A DNA stretch of 63,433 bases, filler included, from Rozella allomycis CSF55 (Eukaryota): NCBI GenBank assembly GCA_000442015.1. It is 8 parts of 8 records of this genome, joined end to end, with 100 filler letters (N's around TTAATTAATTAA, not from the genome) between each part and the next. Parts side by side here need not be neighbours in the genome. Positions count along the whole stretch, not along the records: positions 12,827 to 30,838 come from KE561004.1; positions 30,939 to 32,337 come from KE561006.1; positions 32,438 to 56,049 come from KE561007.1; 5 more parts are not named here. One strand, given 5' to 3'. The notes under the pieces are model-generated. The model did not search any database. It saw only the letters and a program-made list of their open reading frames with translations, and was not told the origin of the DNA. The translations under genes and the position numbers were made by a program. Below, piece after piece: positions 23,978 to 34,659 of this stretch. Position 1 is the first letter of the stretch; each line of letters starts with the position of its first letter.

Positions 23978-26527
23978 GGAGATCATCATTCCCCCGCACC
24001 ACTAAAGACATTTCCCCGCACCACCAAAAAAAATTGAATTTCCCCGCACCACCGAGGGAAACCCGGATTTTTTGCATTTCCCCGCACCATCTTCTATTTC
24101 TCCGCACCACCTAGAAAACCCATAAGCGATCTCCGTCACGACCCCTTACCTTTATATATTTTCTGAATACGATTTGTTGCATGTGTGTGCATTGTGAAAT
24201 TCTACATACTTCGTAATAAAATTTTTTTAAAATATTTTAATCCCTAAATGCACCCTGGTCTCAAAATTTTTATGCCACCTTTTGGATTATGCAAAGAGGG
24301 AAACGCAGAAAATTTCCATGGTGCAAGAGAACAACTTATAAATGAGCTTAAGCTCGCGCCATTTGTTAACGGGGGTGGAGCTCGAAAGAGATTAAAATGT
24401 CTCGAGTGCGGTGAAAACTCGGCAGAAAGAAAGTAAAGATACAATTTAACTACAAAAGAATGTTTGATTGTCGATGTGGAAAAACTTGTTCTGTGAGGTA
24501 CAAGTTGGTCCTTTGCAATTGCAAAAAGTACTATTTTTACCGTAATGGAGAACAGCATGACCGTACGATACAATGCACTAGAAGCGTTCGTAAGATTGAA
24601 GAAGACATTGTATTGTTGGTTCAAAACAACCCCGTTGAGTCCAACCGAAAGATACGAAAACTAATGGAAATTGAAAAAAACATGGAAGAATAAGACGTTT
24701 ATTAAAATCAGAACAAATTAGTTCCTTGAAAAATCGAGTTAAACGCAAGTTAGGCCACACTAATCAGATTGGTGATCTAAGTAAACCTTGTTGTGTTTCT
24801 AAAATAGAAAAAAAAATTAATAATCTACCCGACGACATATTAATTTTGGCATCCGAAAATGAAGAAGGTGAAGTTTATCTTGGAGCAGGTACAGATGCCG
24901 GTCCTTTTTTAGTCGGTGGTTTTACCAACATATCCGCTCTACGTAGGTATGCTGAAGCAAACACAACCTTGAATGAGAAAATAATAATGCATTTTGATGA
25001 AACATTTAAAGTCTCCGAAATAAGGTAACATAAATTTTAAAGCTTAATTAGATATCAAGTCATTGTGTTCGGGTTGTCAGACATAAATGGACAGTTCCAT
25101 GTTGCTGGTTTGGAAGTTTCATCTCACCGAAGGGCAACGGAATACAAGACATTAATGTCAAAATTTGCGGATGTTTTAATGCAGCATGAACAAATACCAT
25201 TCCAACCTTCATTTTTAATGTCAGATTGCTCAAGCGCAATTTCCAATGCGGTTATTGCAGCGATTGAAGAGGGTTCAGAAACCCCGCCGTTAGTTCTTAT
25301 GTGCTCGTTTCATGTCATGAAGGCTATTAAAGCCAAATTTGACGAATATCCCATGCAACATGAGGCTAAAGTAGATCTGTGGATCACCCAAGTGAAGCCT
25401 ATTCTAAATGAAATGACAAAACCAAGATGCGATGGGGAATTTAGCCAAAAATCTAAGTTGCTGAAAAGAATTGTCTTAAACAACATGAATTTCGCTTTTT
25501 GGAAGTATTGGGATGAAACATGGTTGTCTAATCCTGTTTGGAGTTATTGGCAAACCTACCATACTCCACCAGGCTATGCGTGTACCAATAATGCTGTTGA
25601 ATCCTTTAACAAATTCTTTAAACGAGACTATACTTTAAAGAAGCATCACCCAATAGGAATGGTCATGGGTCTCTGCATTGAAGCATTAAGAGACTTCACG
25701 AATGCTGAAAGTCAACAAAAACCATTCATGACTAAAGGAACTATGTGAAGCAAGATCAGGACAAAGTGTTGGAGTTATGTAAAAAAATGGAGATTTTGAG
25801 AAGCAATGCTCACAGCGCTACATTGAAGTACAAGTCAAAGGAATGGAGATGCACAGTGAATCTAGAAACTCAAGCGTGTTCTTGCCGCACATACTTGTAT
25901 TGGGCTAAATGAGTTCATATTCCACTAGCGTACTTCCTGTTAAAGAGAGAAAGTCCAGATGGGGTTCCTGACATGCGCAAGTTAAGACCTCGCAAACAAA
26001 ACAAAAGCTTCCGATTCCTCTGGTGAAGAAGACAAAAATGCACCGAGAAATCGTAAGAAGGTTGTGCGAAGCAAGGCACTTCATTACGATTAAATAAATT
26101 CTTTTACAGAGTATTTATTTTGTTTTGTTTCTAATTTTTCAACCTTATGGGTTAAATATTAAAAGCATTATATCCCATACTTTATTAGGGAAGGGGTCCC
26201 TAATATGGTGGGATAAGGCCGCGACAGTTCTTCGTAACGGTTGACACCCATATAGCATACAACACCAGACGCAAGCATCTTAGCGTTAGCTTTCATACAC
26301 TCGTAGAGTGCTCTCATGCAATGGTAAGTGTTAAAAATATTTTATAAAGCAAAAAATTTTGGTCCGCAAGTACACCTTATGGGTTGTCCAGGTGGTGCGG
26401 GGAAATCTAATTTTTATTAAGGTGGTGCGGGGAAATAACAAATGGCGCGGGGAAATCTATTTCTTTCCAAGTTTTATTAAGGTGGTGCGGGGAAATGTCC
26501 AAAGTGGTGCGGGGAAATAATCTACCC
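23978..26527 (+). mobile_element. Mutator-like element with repeat-built TIRs and 9-bp TSD
   Basis: TIRs made of tttccccgcacc / ggtgcggggaaa repeats (23978-~24130, ~26375-26527); TSD aggagaaac / aggagaaaa; removing it restores the hAT frame DEEK-RRNNRYSPLQWW. Confidence 0.9.
24248..26093 (+). pseudogene. MULE transposase (intron-containing, degraded)
   Basis: MHFDETFK, LMSDCS, LMCSFHV, TNNAVESFNK, SWIM-like CSC..W..(stop)VH; tiny introns near 24432 and 25025. Confidence 0.85.
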
Positions 26528-26965
26528 AGGAGAAAAGGAGAAACAACAGGTATTCACCGCTGCAGTGGTGGTCACTACGAACAGACTTTCCACTGCTCCA
26601 GCCCCTCGCAAGACGCGTTTTGTGTACGCCGACATCTTCTGCTGCAAATGGGTGGTCATGGAGTATCCACGAATTCATACATTCAAAAAGAAGAAATAGA
26701 CTTTCTGCGGAAAAGGTTGAGAGACTGGTGTTTATTTACTCTAATATAGATGATACAGCAACGGACGATCACCTTTTATACATGCTACATCCAGAAGCGG
26801 AGATGAATGATGATTTGGACGAAGAAGACGAAGAAGTAGAATAGGCTTTCTATATGGCAATTAACTGACTAATAAAGTTAATTAACTGTTAATTAACTGT
26901 TAATTAACCGTTAGTAACCGTTATTAACGCACTAAGTTAATTATATTGTTATTAGTAGGCGTTAN

Positions 26966-27036
26966 AATTGTTGGATTTTTAAGTGTATATGTTGATGATT
27001 TGATTATTACAGGCGTCATAATTGAAGTAATTAAAA
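26966..27036 (+). pseudogene. Tiny copia RT fragment
   Basis: IVGFLSVYVDDLIITG (YVDD motif). Confidence 0.6.
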
Positions 27037-27334
27037 TTCATTCGATAGCAAAGATGTGATATACCGAGGTATTATTTTTTTTGAAATCATCAGCTCAAGC
27101 GGCAGACAGCAGTCACTTGCTACCACGATTCCTTATTTCTCATTTTCATTCGGTAATACAACATTAATAGTGTTTGACACTTTTAATCTCTNCTTGCCCA
27201 CATCAAAAATGGTTTCATTGCGAAATTAGAAAGAAAGGCTATGTCGTTCTGTCGCCTGACGTTGTTTCGTCTTTTGGCATAGACGTCGTCGCATTGAAAA
27301 ATCATATCCTGACATCAAATACTGACTTTGANGG

Positions 27335-28381
27335 GATGACCCTGGCTATTTATTCAATGAGGAAAAGTGTTTACAAAGAGAAGGTAGAGCGCAGACAAAT
27401 AAGGTTGGCAAATCAAAATATCGCGCAGACCCCGATAATAAAAAAAGGAAGCTGAGAGAGCCAAAGTTTATAAAGAACAAAAGAAGCCAGTTACAAAGTA
27501 TATAACGCAACGGATAAATCGTTAAAATTGCCCACCTTAAAATTTTTTCATAGTGAAATTAGAAAAATGGCTATGTCGTTCTGTCGCCTGACATAGTATC
27601 CGGTATCGTCTTTTGGCATAGATGTCGTCGCATTAAGAACTCATATCCTGAAATCAGATATTGACTTTGAACAAGTATTTAATTCGGAAAAAGATGCGTT
27701 TTTATTAAGCTCTAAAAAGAAGTAAACGTTAAAGGTAATTTATTGAATTTATGCTGAGTANTTATTAAGCTCTAGTGCAAAATTTAGAAATTCTTTCAAG
27801 TCCCCTCGGCAACAAGCACACCTAAATTTAAATGAGAAAGAAAAAGAATTTAATGACATTATAAAACATTATATCGACCCATATTACCATGGGTCGGAAT
27901 TTGTTGCTTTAAAGTCGTTGCCAGGCTGCCCTTCTCAAGCGGTACACCGGGATTATTTTGACTCAAGAAAATCATTAATGGACGAATACAAAGAGAATTA
28001 TCCAATCGGTGCAATTCTTGCTCTTGACGATCACACAAATCTTAACGTTTTCAAGGGTAGTCNTGAGGCGCATATCTGCCCTTTGAATCCGTCAATCATA
28101 TTTACTTTATCAAGTGGGGTGTATACACCCCGTGTGTAATTATCTTTAGCCACGTTTTCAAGGGTACAAAGAAAAGTATGATGAAAAAAATCGAGGTTGC
28201 AAAAGGAAGCATTATTTTCTTCAGTGTGTTTTTCCCACACTCCGGAGGGAGTTATGACAATGAAAATTTGAGGATCCAATTCCTCTGTTCGCATCAGAAC
28301 CACACAGTCGACACTGTGTCTACATCAATAGTAGACTTTGTTAATGAAGACATTTCAGACCCTGATTATGATATTAATTGA
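27335..28381 (+). pseudogene. 2OG-Fe(II) dioxygenase, PhyH-like fold (fragmented by N joins and an insertion)
   Basis: GYVVL N-terminal strand, SLPGCPSQAVHRDY (HxD), GAILALD, KGSIIFF..FPHSG (distal His), NLRI (Arg). Confidence 0.7.
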
Positions 28382-28739
28382 TAATAAATCTTTTATTTAA
28401 TTTATAACACTTCACTTTTTCCACATTGCAGTTCCTAACGTTTATAAATAACTTCTCTGCTAAGCCTCTGTCACAAAGACGTGACACTACCGTGACAAAA
28501 TTTCAACCAATAAGGTCCCGGTTTTCTAAAGGGGCGTGCCACACCCGGGGTGATTTTGTCGTTAGCCCTGTAAATGTACAAAGTAAACTCAATACCAAGG
28601 TGCGAGGACCTAGATGTCAAGATANATTTATAGCACTTCACTTTTTCTACATTGCGGTTCCTAATGTTATAAATAACTTTTCTGCTAAGCCTCTGTTACA
28701 AAGCCGTGACACTACCGTGACAAAATTTCAACCAATAAG

Positions 28740-28777
28740 GTCCCGGTTTTCTAAAGGGGCGTGCCACACCCGGGGTG
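28740..28777 (-). repeat. Right terminal inverted repeat (duplicate at 28515-28552)
   Basis: Ends in CACCCGGGGTG, followed by host-gene-like sequence. Confidence 0.55.
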
Positions 28778-28949
28778 ATTTTGTCGTTAGCCCTGTAAAT
28801 GTACAAAGTAAACTCAATACCAAGGTGCGAGGACCTAGATGTCAAGATAAAGTCGATGACGAGTCAGTGCATCAAATTTTGATTGAGTTCTATAAAATCG
28901 TCACATATTATCAACGCCACCAGCTATTGGAAGGGGGTGATCATAGGGA

Positions 28950-29112
28950 GTTCTGGGAGTTTTGTCTCAGATCTGAGTCACAATTAGTACCCTGAAATTC
29001 CATTGAAAGTCGTTAACATAAATCTGACATTCATTGTTGAAAATCTCGAACTATGTTGAAACTCACCCTAGGGGGTCCTGGAAGTCTTTTTGCAGATCAT
29101 AATCCAAACAGC
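28950..29112 (-). pseudogene. Paralogous fragment of the acidic membrane-protein gene at ~35710-35870
   Basis: Shares the stretch ttagtaccctga..ttccatt..cattgttgaaaatctcgaactatgttgaaactcaccct..ggtcctggaagtcttttt. Confidence 0.6.
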
Positions 29113-29559
29113 CTAATAATGTTCAACTAATGATAAATAACATTAATTGAATAGTCATTAATGTTAACAATTGATGGATCTCATACAAACTGTAAAATAC
29201 TATTAATAGAACAATCAACAAACCGAGTTAAAAGGCTCGGAGATATTAAATAAATCGTTCTCATAAGACTTACGTTGTATTCTTAACTAATTTTCTTTCT
29301 ATTTCACTAATTTAGATCTATAAAGCCGTAATGGTGAGCCTCATTACGACATAAATCACAATTTCCATGACATCTTCAAACTAATGTCAAAAAATGATAA
29401 AGATAGAAAACATTTGTTTTGTGTGAAGAAATTTATTTTATAAACTCCCCGTTCGATTTAACGAGCACTACGAGACTTGTCTTTGTTAAATGATTTCCGA
29501 TTTCATCATGTCATTATGTCATCATGCCATCATGAGCAATAATTTCTAGTGCAATTAAC

Positions 29560-29965
29560 AAAATGTAAAACAATTCTTAATTCTCTAGGTTTAACTCTAG
29601 TGTCACCCATTAACAATTTACCAACTCTGGCGTGACCGTTATGGGATGACAAACAGATGGCTTGATTATTCATATCACAAGGGTCAACCCTCAAGTAAAA
29701 GTTTTACAACTGCTGTATGACCGTTCTTGGATGCAATAGCATAATTATGTGGATCAACCCTAGAATCATTTAGTAAAACTTTAACAACTTCGGTATGCCC
29801 GATCTGTGATGCCAAACGTATGGCCAGATTACCCATATCACCTGGATCAGCACTAGAATCTTGGAGTAAAACTTTAAAAACTTTCTGCATGTCCATTCCG
29901 GGATGCCGACCAGATGGCCATATTATCTCTATCACCTGGATCAGCCCTAGAATATTTTAGTAAAT
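29560..29965 (-). pseudogene. Ankyrin-repeat protein remnant
   Basis: DP..NLAIRLASQIGHTEVVKVLLNDSRVDP..ASKNGHTAVVKLLL repeats with frameshifts. Confidence 0.75.
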
Positions 29966-30269
29966 CCATCTGCTGAAGGGTTTGGCTTTATGCTATTCGC
30001 CACATTAAGTAATTTTTGAGTGCAGCAATTTTTGAGTGCAGCTTGAGATAACATTCTTCCTATCTGTATCCCTAACCCTTATTGCACATAAATGCTCATT
30101 TCGTATATCAAAATGATTTTGTAAAAGTCAAGGAAAAATGTTTTATTGCAAAGTTAATAGGAAACATTACGGTTCACAGTGGGTTCCATAAAAAGTCTCT
30201 TAAACTACTGCCTTCTGTTAAAACCGCTATAAAAACATTTAGTTCTATGTATCAGATTGATAGATGACN

Positions 30270-30838
30270 GTACTAGAAACTGTTAAATATTCTTTGATAA
30301 GATTAAATTCATTTTTAATTTCATTGATATGGTCAAACATGTATATTTCGTTTGGTTGTCTGCTAATGAACTCTATTTTTTCCTTCCAACGTTCGAAAGC
30401 CTTTTCATCAAGAGTTTCCTTTTCAAGTTCTTTTTCCATTTTTGTAATCAGTTTTATTCGCAACATATTTGCCTTATTCTGTGCCTCATTCTGCACTTTT
30501 AGTGCCTCATTCTGCAACTTGAGTTCCTTCGTAGCCTCATCTATTAAATCCTTGTAGGCTTGAGCTTGAGCTAAAGTCGTACCTGTTTGTTGATTTTTCT
30601 CAAGTTTTTTTAATTTTTTAACATATTTTATTATATCTTGTTTTATTTTATCAATTTCAACCGGTTTACGTTCACTCACTTGTCGGTCTTCCAGTAGCCT
30701 TGCCAATAAGTCTGCTATTTTCTCTGGGCCTTTTTGTGCATCTATTTTNTGTCGGGCTTCCAGTAGCTCTGAAACGCTTTGCAATAAGTCTGCTATTCTC
30801 TCTGTGCCTTTTTGTGCATCTATCTTTCTTCTCTTGGA
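30270..30838 (-). CDS. Coiled-coil protein fragment, unknown function
   Basis: Open K/E/Q-rich helical frame broken by N joins. Confidence 0.4.
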
Positions 30839-31050
30839 NNNNNNNNNNNNNNNNNNNNNNNNNNNNNNNNNNNNNNNNNNNNTTAATTAATTAANNNNNN
30901 NNNNNNNNNNNNNNNNNNNNNNNNNNNNNNNNNNNNNNGTGATAAATTAATTAGTAAATTTCCATTTAATTAATTAAAATAATTGGCAATTAATTTAATA
31001 TTCTTGACATTAAATGATCGTAAAATAGATGAAATATTATTCATATAGAA

Positions 31051-31467
31051 ATGCAATGTTTTCCATTGGCGAGGGCTGCGAAGGAAAATATTCATTTATG
31101 TCCTGTTACCTGGTTCAATATTTGGACATACAAGTTTGGGCAAAGAGAAGGACCCCTGTTTGTGAATATTAATGATGATGATCAACCAATACCTTCTTGT
31201 CCTATGACTCGTTCGTTCTTTATGAGACATTTCAAGCAACATTTGCAAGCTATCGGTTTAGATCCAGCGTTCTTTGGAACGCATTCGTTCCGCAGAGGAG
31301 GTGTACAGTTTTTCAACAAGAAGGGTTTAAGTGTGTTGTCAATTATTGAATGGGCCGGTTGGTCTCCTAAATTTAATGAAGGTGTTATCTTACGATATTT
31401 GAAGAACGAAGGGCAGAGTAAGGTTGATGGAGTGAAGCTTATGCGTAAACTGGAACTTGGCAAATAG
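31051..31467 (+). CDS. Tyrosine recombinase catalytic C-terminus (DIRS/Crypton-like)
   Basis: LCPV..PLF..FGTHSFRRGG (H-x-x-R), AGWS, LRY (catalytic Tyr). Confidence 0.8.
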   Translation: MQCFPLARAAKENIHLCPVTWFNIWTYKFGQREGPLFVNINDDDQPIPSCPMTRSFFMRHFKQHLQAIGLDPAFFGTHSFRRGGVQFFNKKGLSVLSIIEWAGWSPKFNEGVILRYLKNEGQSKVDGVKLMRKLELGK

Positions 31468-31554
31468 TTAATAAACGAAAAGTTTCTCAAATTATGACTT
31501 TATTGATCAACGATGTCTTAATCATTTGTCTCTCATACATACCAACGGTANATA

Positions 31555-32060
31555 TTTGTAACGACCATTCTTGCATTAAGGCAGCAAAATATTCCACAAT
31601 TAAATGCATCAGTTTGTCGTGGGCATTTCATACTTGTAGCTTTCAATTCATTTTCACATGGTGATTGAAAATACAATTCCCATTCCATTTTCATAAATCT
31701 TTGAAGCAACTACATTGTAAAGACAAAACCATGTTACCATAAGTGGTTCACTTGGAAATCCATCAAAACTATTATACAGTCTAATACATCCTTCTTGTGG
31801 ATAGACAACAGCTAGTTGCCAATGGGAAGCATAATGCACTGGAACCAACAGTATGTCCTTTTCAAAAATTGCTATTCTTTTGACAAATGGGTGTGCTTTT
31901 TCGAACCCCGCTTCTTTCATAAACACGAGCATAAAAGTCGAAATTGACGCAACATTTTCATTTTCCTCCTCCAAGAGCTTAAAGTATTTGTTGATAATCT
32001 ATTTACGTCTTGTAAATTTCGTACCTGATCGTCAAGCCATGCACTATAAGAGTCGAGTGC
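31555..32060 (-). pseudogene. Ulp1/C48 SUMO protease domain fragment
   Basis: ILLVPVHYASHWQLAVV..YNS and, downstream, CPRQTDAFNCGIF (His, Gln and Cys catalytic motifs). Confidence 0.75.
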
Positions 32061-32437
32061 TGACAACCAACTCGATATTCGTCCTCACGAGATGCCTGTC
32101 ACAAATCAATAACATTGCTTTCTTCTGGCTTTTCTTTTTTCCAATGTCGTGCTGCCTGACGGATACTATCGTAACTAGAATCTTTATGCAGAACTAAAAA
32201 TTTGTCATAAGTTTCAAATGATTTGATAAAAAAGTATACCGCCTTTGCTGATTCATAGGAACCTTTTAACTTTGATGTCTTGTTAACCCACGTTTTTCAC
32301 CACTGCAATGGTGGAATAAGAACATCATTTGGAAATCNNNNNNNNNNNNNNNNNNNNNNNNNNNNNNNNNNNNNNNNNNNNTTAATTAATTAANNNNNNN
32401 NNNNNNNNNNNNNNNNNNNNNNNNNNNNNNNNNNNNN

Positions 32438-32642
32438 CTTGAGCAGTCTCAAGAATCAAATTCTCCCAGAATTTCTCGTCTTCTTCGAGCTTGGTGAGTG
32501 TTGTTTGCTGGAAGGCCAATCTGGCTTTAGCTGCATTGTCCCCTGGATTATTTTCAACTCGTTCTAGTTCTACTAGAATTTCCTTGTTGAGTGCCTTTAT
32601 TTCTTCTTGGATGGTCTTTAGTTGTTCAAAGTAGTCTGCCAT
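32438..32642 (-). CDS. Helical protein N-terminus truncated by the contig end
   Basis: ATG-initiated coiled-coil-like ORF running into the linker. Confidence 0.35.
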
Positions 32643-33014
32643 GAGGCGCAGTATCTTTTAACTGGGCATGGATAGTTGGTGGAGTCCCTTATTGATAGGA
32701 ATGAGCCAGTGCGACTATTGAGTTTAGTGCGCAAGCGACAGCGAGCTGTCTGTTGGAGAGTCGGCCATCTGATATTGGATTTGGGGTCTGTTGTCATCAG
32801 GGTTTTGTGGAGCGGAATCTTGGATCCAAGCAGATTTGAACTTGGTTGATTTGATGCTTGAGATAAAGATTACAACTTGACCCTATACTAATGCTCCCGC
32901 GAAAGCGATCACAACGCTGACTTAGTTATCATAAATTAGAAATTGTGCACATAAATATTAACCTAGATTAATTATATCCAATAGTTTTATTGAAGTCATC
33001 TATGTAGGAAAGTA

Positions 33015-34301
33015 TTAGATTACTTGCCCAGATTCCGTGATTTGATCTCTGGAGTCTAGAGACCTCATGTCTGTAACAACAAGTTCCGACACACGAATAC
33101 TTCTATTTGTCTTTGTAATATCATTCTTCGAACGTGAGTGGACTTCAATGTCATTATTATCAGAATTGTCTACTGCATCTTCAGTTGCCAAAATGTCAAT
33201 GTTAGATTGACTTTCTAGGTCATCGACAGGCTCTGCTTCTATCTCTGAGCTCAATTCTGGACGACTTTTTGAAACAGCATTACGAATAACTTCTGTGGTT
33301 GGATGAAAATACTTGTAGGACGCCGATTTAAGCATTAAATCTGTTCTTCTCATATATTTCTTCTCTACAGGCACTCTACCAATTGTATGTCTATATGATC
33401 GCACCGCTTTTCTTTGTTGCATTTCCTTGATTAATGAATTCCAATCGAATCCTTCAAAAAGGTCAGATTGCATGGCCATTTCGTAAGTAGTTTCGGGATC
33501 CATAAGGTCACTGATGAGCTCCAACATGTCTCCGTGTTTTTCACATAAGTCTTCATTAAAAGGAATTTGGTTGCTCTCTCGTTCCCATTTACCAGGCATA
33601 AGTCTTGTAACTTTGAACGGTTTCCAATTAAGTTCTGGAAATTCATTGTGCACTAAAACCCAAAGTAAAGTTTGAGCTAAACTGAACATGTCGAATTCTG
33701 GAGAGTAGGGAGCCGGGCGTTGGCCATTGATAAATGCAAACATAGGATTTGACATTGTATCGAAAGTGCCTCTACGGAGCGGAACATCGTACAAGTTCAG
33801 GTCAATGGCGGTCTCCATATCGATCAAGCTGAGATGTTCACCGTCCATAACAAAGTTTTGTGGTTTTATATCCAGATGCAAATAGTTTCTGTCAGTCAGA
33901 CCCTTGAGAATTACTATAGATTGTGCAGCGATCAGTTGAAGCTGTTTCTGAGTAAAAGTTTTGGAAGGACGTAAGAGATCACCGTTTGGAAAAAAGTCGG
34001 TAATAATAATAGAGTCCCCGTTAACGTTGAGCGAGCAGCAACGCATCTGCGCGATACCGGGAATGTTCTTCAATGCCTGGTAGTTTTTAACTTCGTCTAT
34101 AGCATGCGAATAGAACTTTCTTGGTATGACCTTGTAAGCGTAGGTGATGTCATCCTTTATTGCAACTTTGACTCGTTCTTCAGATTGCAAGTGGCTTTGG
34201 AAAACGCGATAAGCAGAGCATCCATCGGTAACACATCCCAAGTCACAAAGAGCTTTTGAACACCAACAAACTATACTCAAGAAAAAAAATAATTTGGACA
34301 T
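33015..34301 (-). CDS. Intronless protein kinase with N-terminal signal peptide
   Basis: MSKLFFFLSIVCWCSKALC signal; YAYK, HLDIKPQN, DME (DFG variant), GT, DMFSL; acidic tail. Confidence 0.85.
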   Translation of the reverse strand: MSKLFFFLSIVCWCSKALCDLGCVTDGCSAYRVFQSHLQSEERVKVAIKDDITYAYKVIPRKFYSHAIDEVKNYQALKNIPGIAQMRCCSLNVNGDSIIITDFFPNGDLLRPSKTFTQKQLQLIAAQSIVILKGLTDRNYLHLDIKPQNFVMDGEHLSLIDMETAIDLNLYDVPLRRGTFDTMSNPMFAFINGQRPAPYSPEFDMFSLAQTLLWVLVHNEFPELNWKPFKVTRLMPGKWERESNQIPFNEDLCEKHGDMLELISDLMDPETTYEMAMQSDLFEGFDWNSLIKEMQQRKAVRSYRHTIGRVPVEKKYMRRTDLMLKSASYKYFHPTTEVIRNAVSKSRPELSSEIEAEPVDDLESQSNIDILATEDAVDNSDNNDIEVHSRSKNDITKTNRSIRVSELVVTDMRSLDSRDQITESGQVI

Positions 34302-34659
34302 GTGAGTGGCTTGTACAACGTGCTGCAGGGCTAAAATACTCGAGTTAATGAAATGATCTTCTCAAAATTTCGATATCTCATTTCTAGCATTAACTTTTAG
34401 AAATATTAGTTGGAGACTTGAAGTCTTAGTAATTGCCATATTACATCATGTGATGCAAAAAATTACAATTAATTGCGATTGACTTACGACAAACTGCCAA
34501 TTCTCATGTTTCAGGTTTGGTTACTTGCCATGTGGTTAATGATGGTTAATGACCCATCAGGTATGTATGGTCTTTTGTACTTCAGTCACATGATAATTTT
34601 GTCCAAATATTACAACTTCATACTTGTAATTATGTACAAAAATGTTATTTATTAGTTAT

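Larger units (their letters stand above)
23468..26934 (+). mobile_element. 5'-truncated hAT transposon remnant interrupted by a MULE
   Basis: NFW..LIHPL..SLVY..ERW..AYLLD, then WWSL..LARRVLCTPTSSAA..WS..IHSKRRNRLSAEKVERLVFIYSN (hAT dimerization domain); gttaattaac subterminal repeats and a TAGTGC-type right end at ~26934. Confidence 0.85.
13219..28777. mobile_element. Candidate composite DNA transposon (MULE transposase, PrimPol, SF3 helicase, tandem repeat, 2OG-Fe(II) dioxygenase); mosaic of copies
   Basis: Imperfect inverted termini at 13219-13258 and 28515-28552 / 28740-28777; internal modules recur in the same order in 2-3 overlapping copies. Confidence 0.6.

Noticed and set aside
23985-24112. 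tttccccgcacc repeats resembling a CRISPR array
   Set aside because: Units are only ~12 bp, irregularly spaced, mirrored in inverted orientation at 26390-26520 and flanked by a TSD. They are transposon TIR motifs, the context is eukaryotic and there are no cas genes.
23434-24114. 226-aa ORF as an intact gene
   Set aside because: Chimeric read-through from tandem repeat into the hAT fragment and then into the MULE TIR.
28426-28995. 189-aa ORF with an internal repeat
   Set aside because: Spans an N-joined duplicate of the element terminus and its flank; no recognisable domain.
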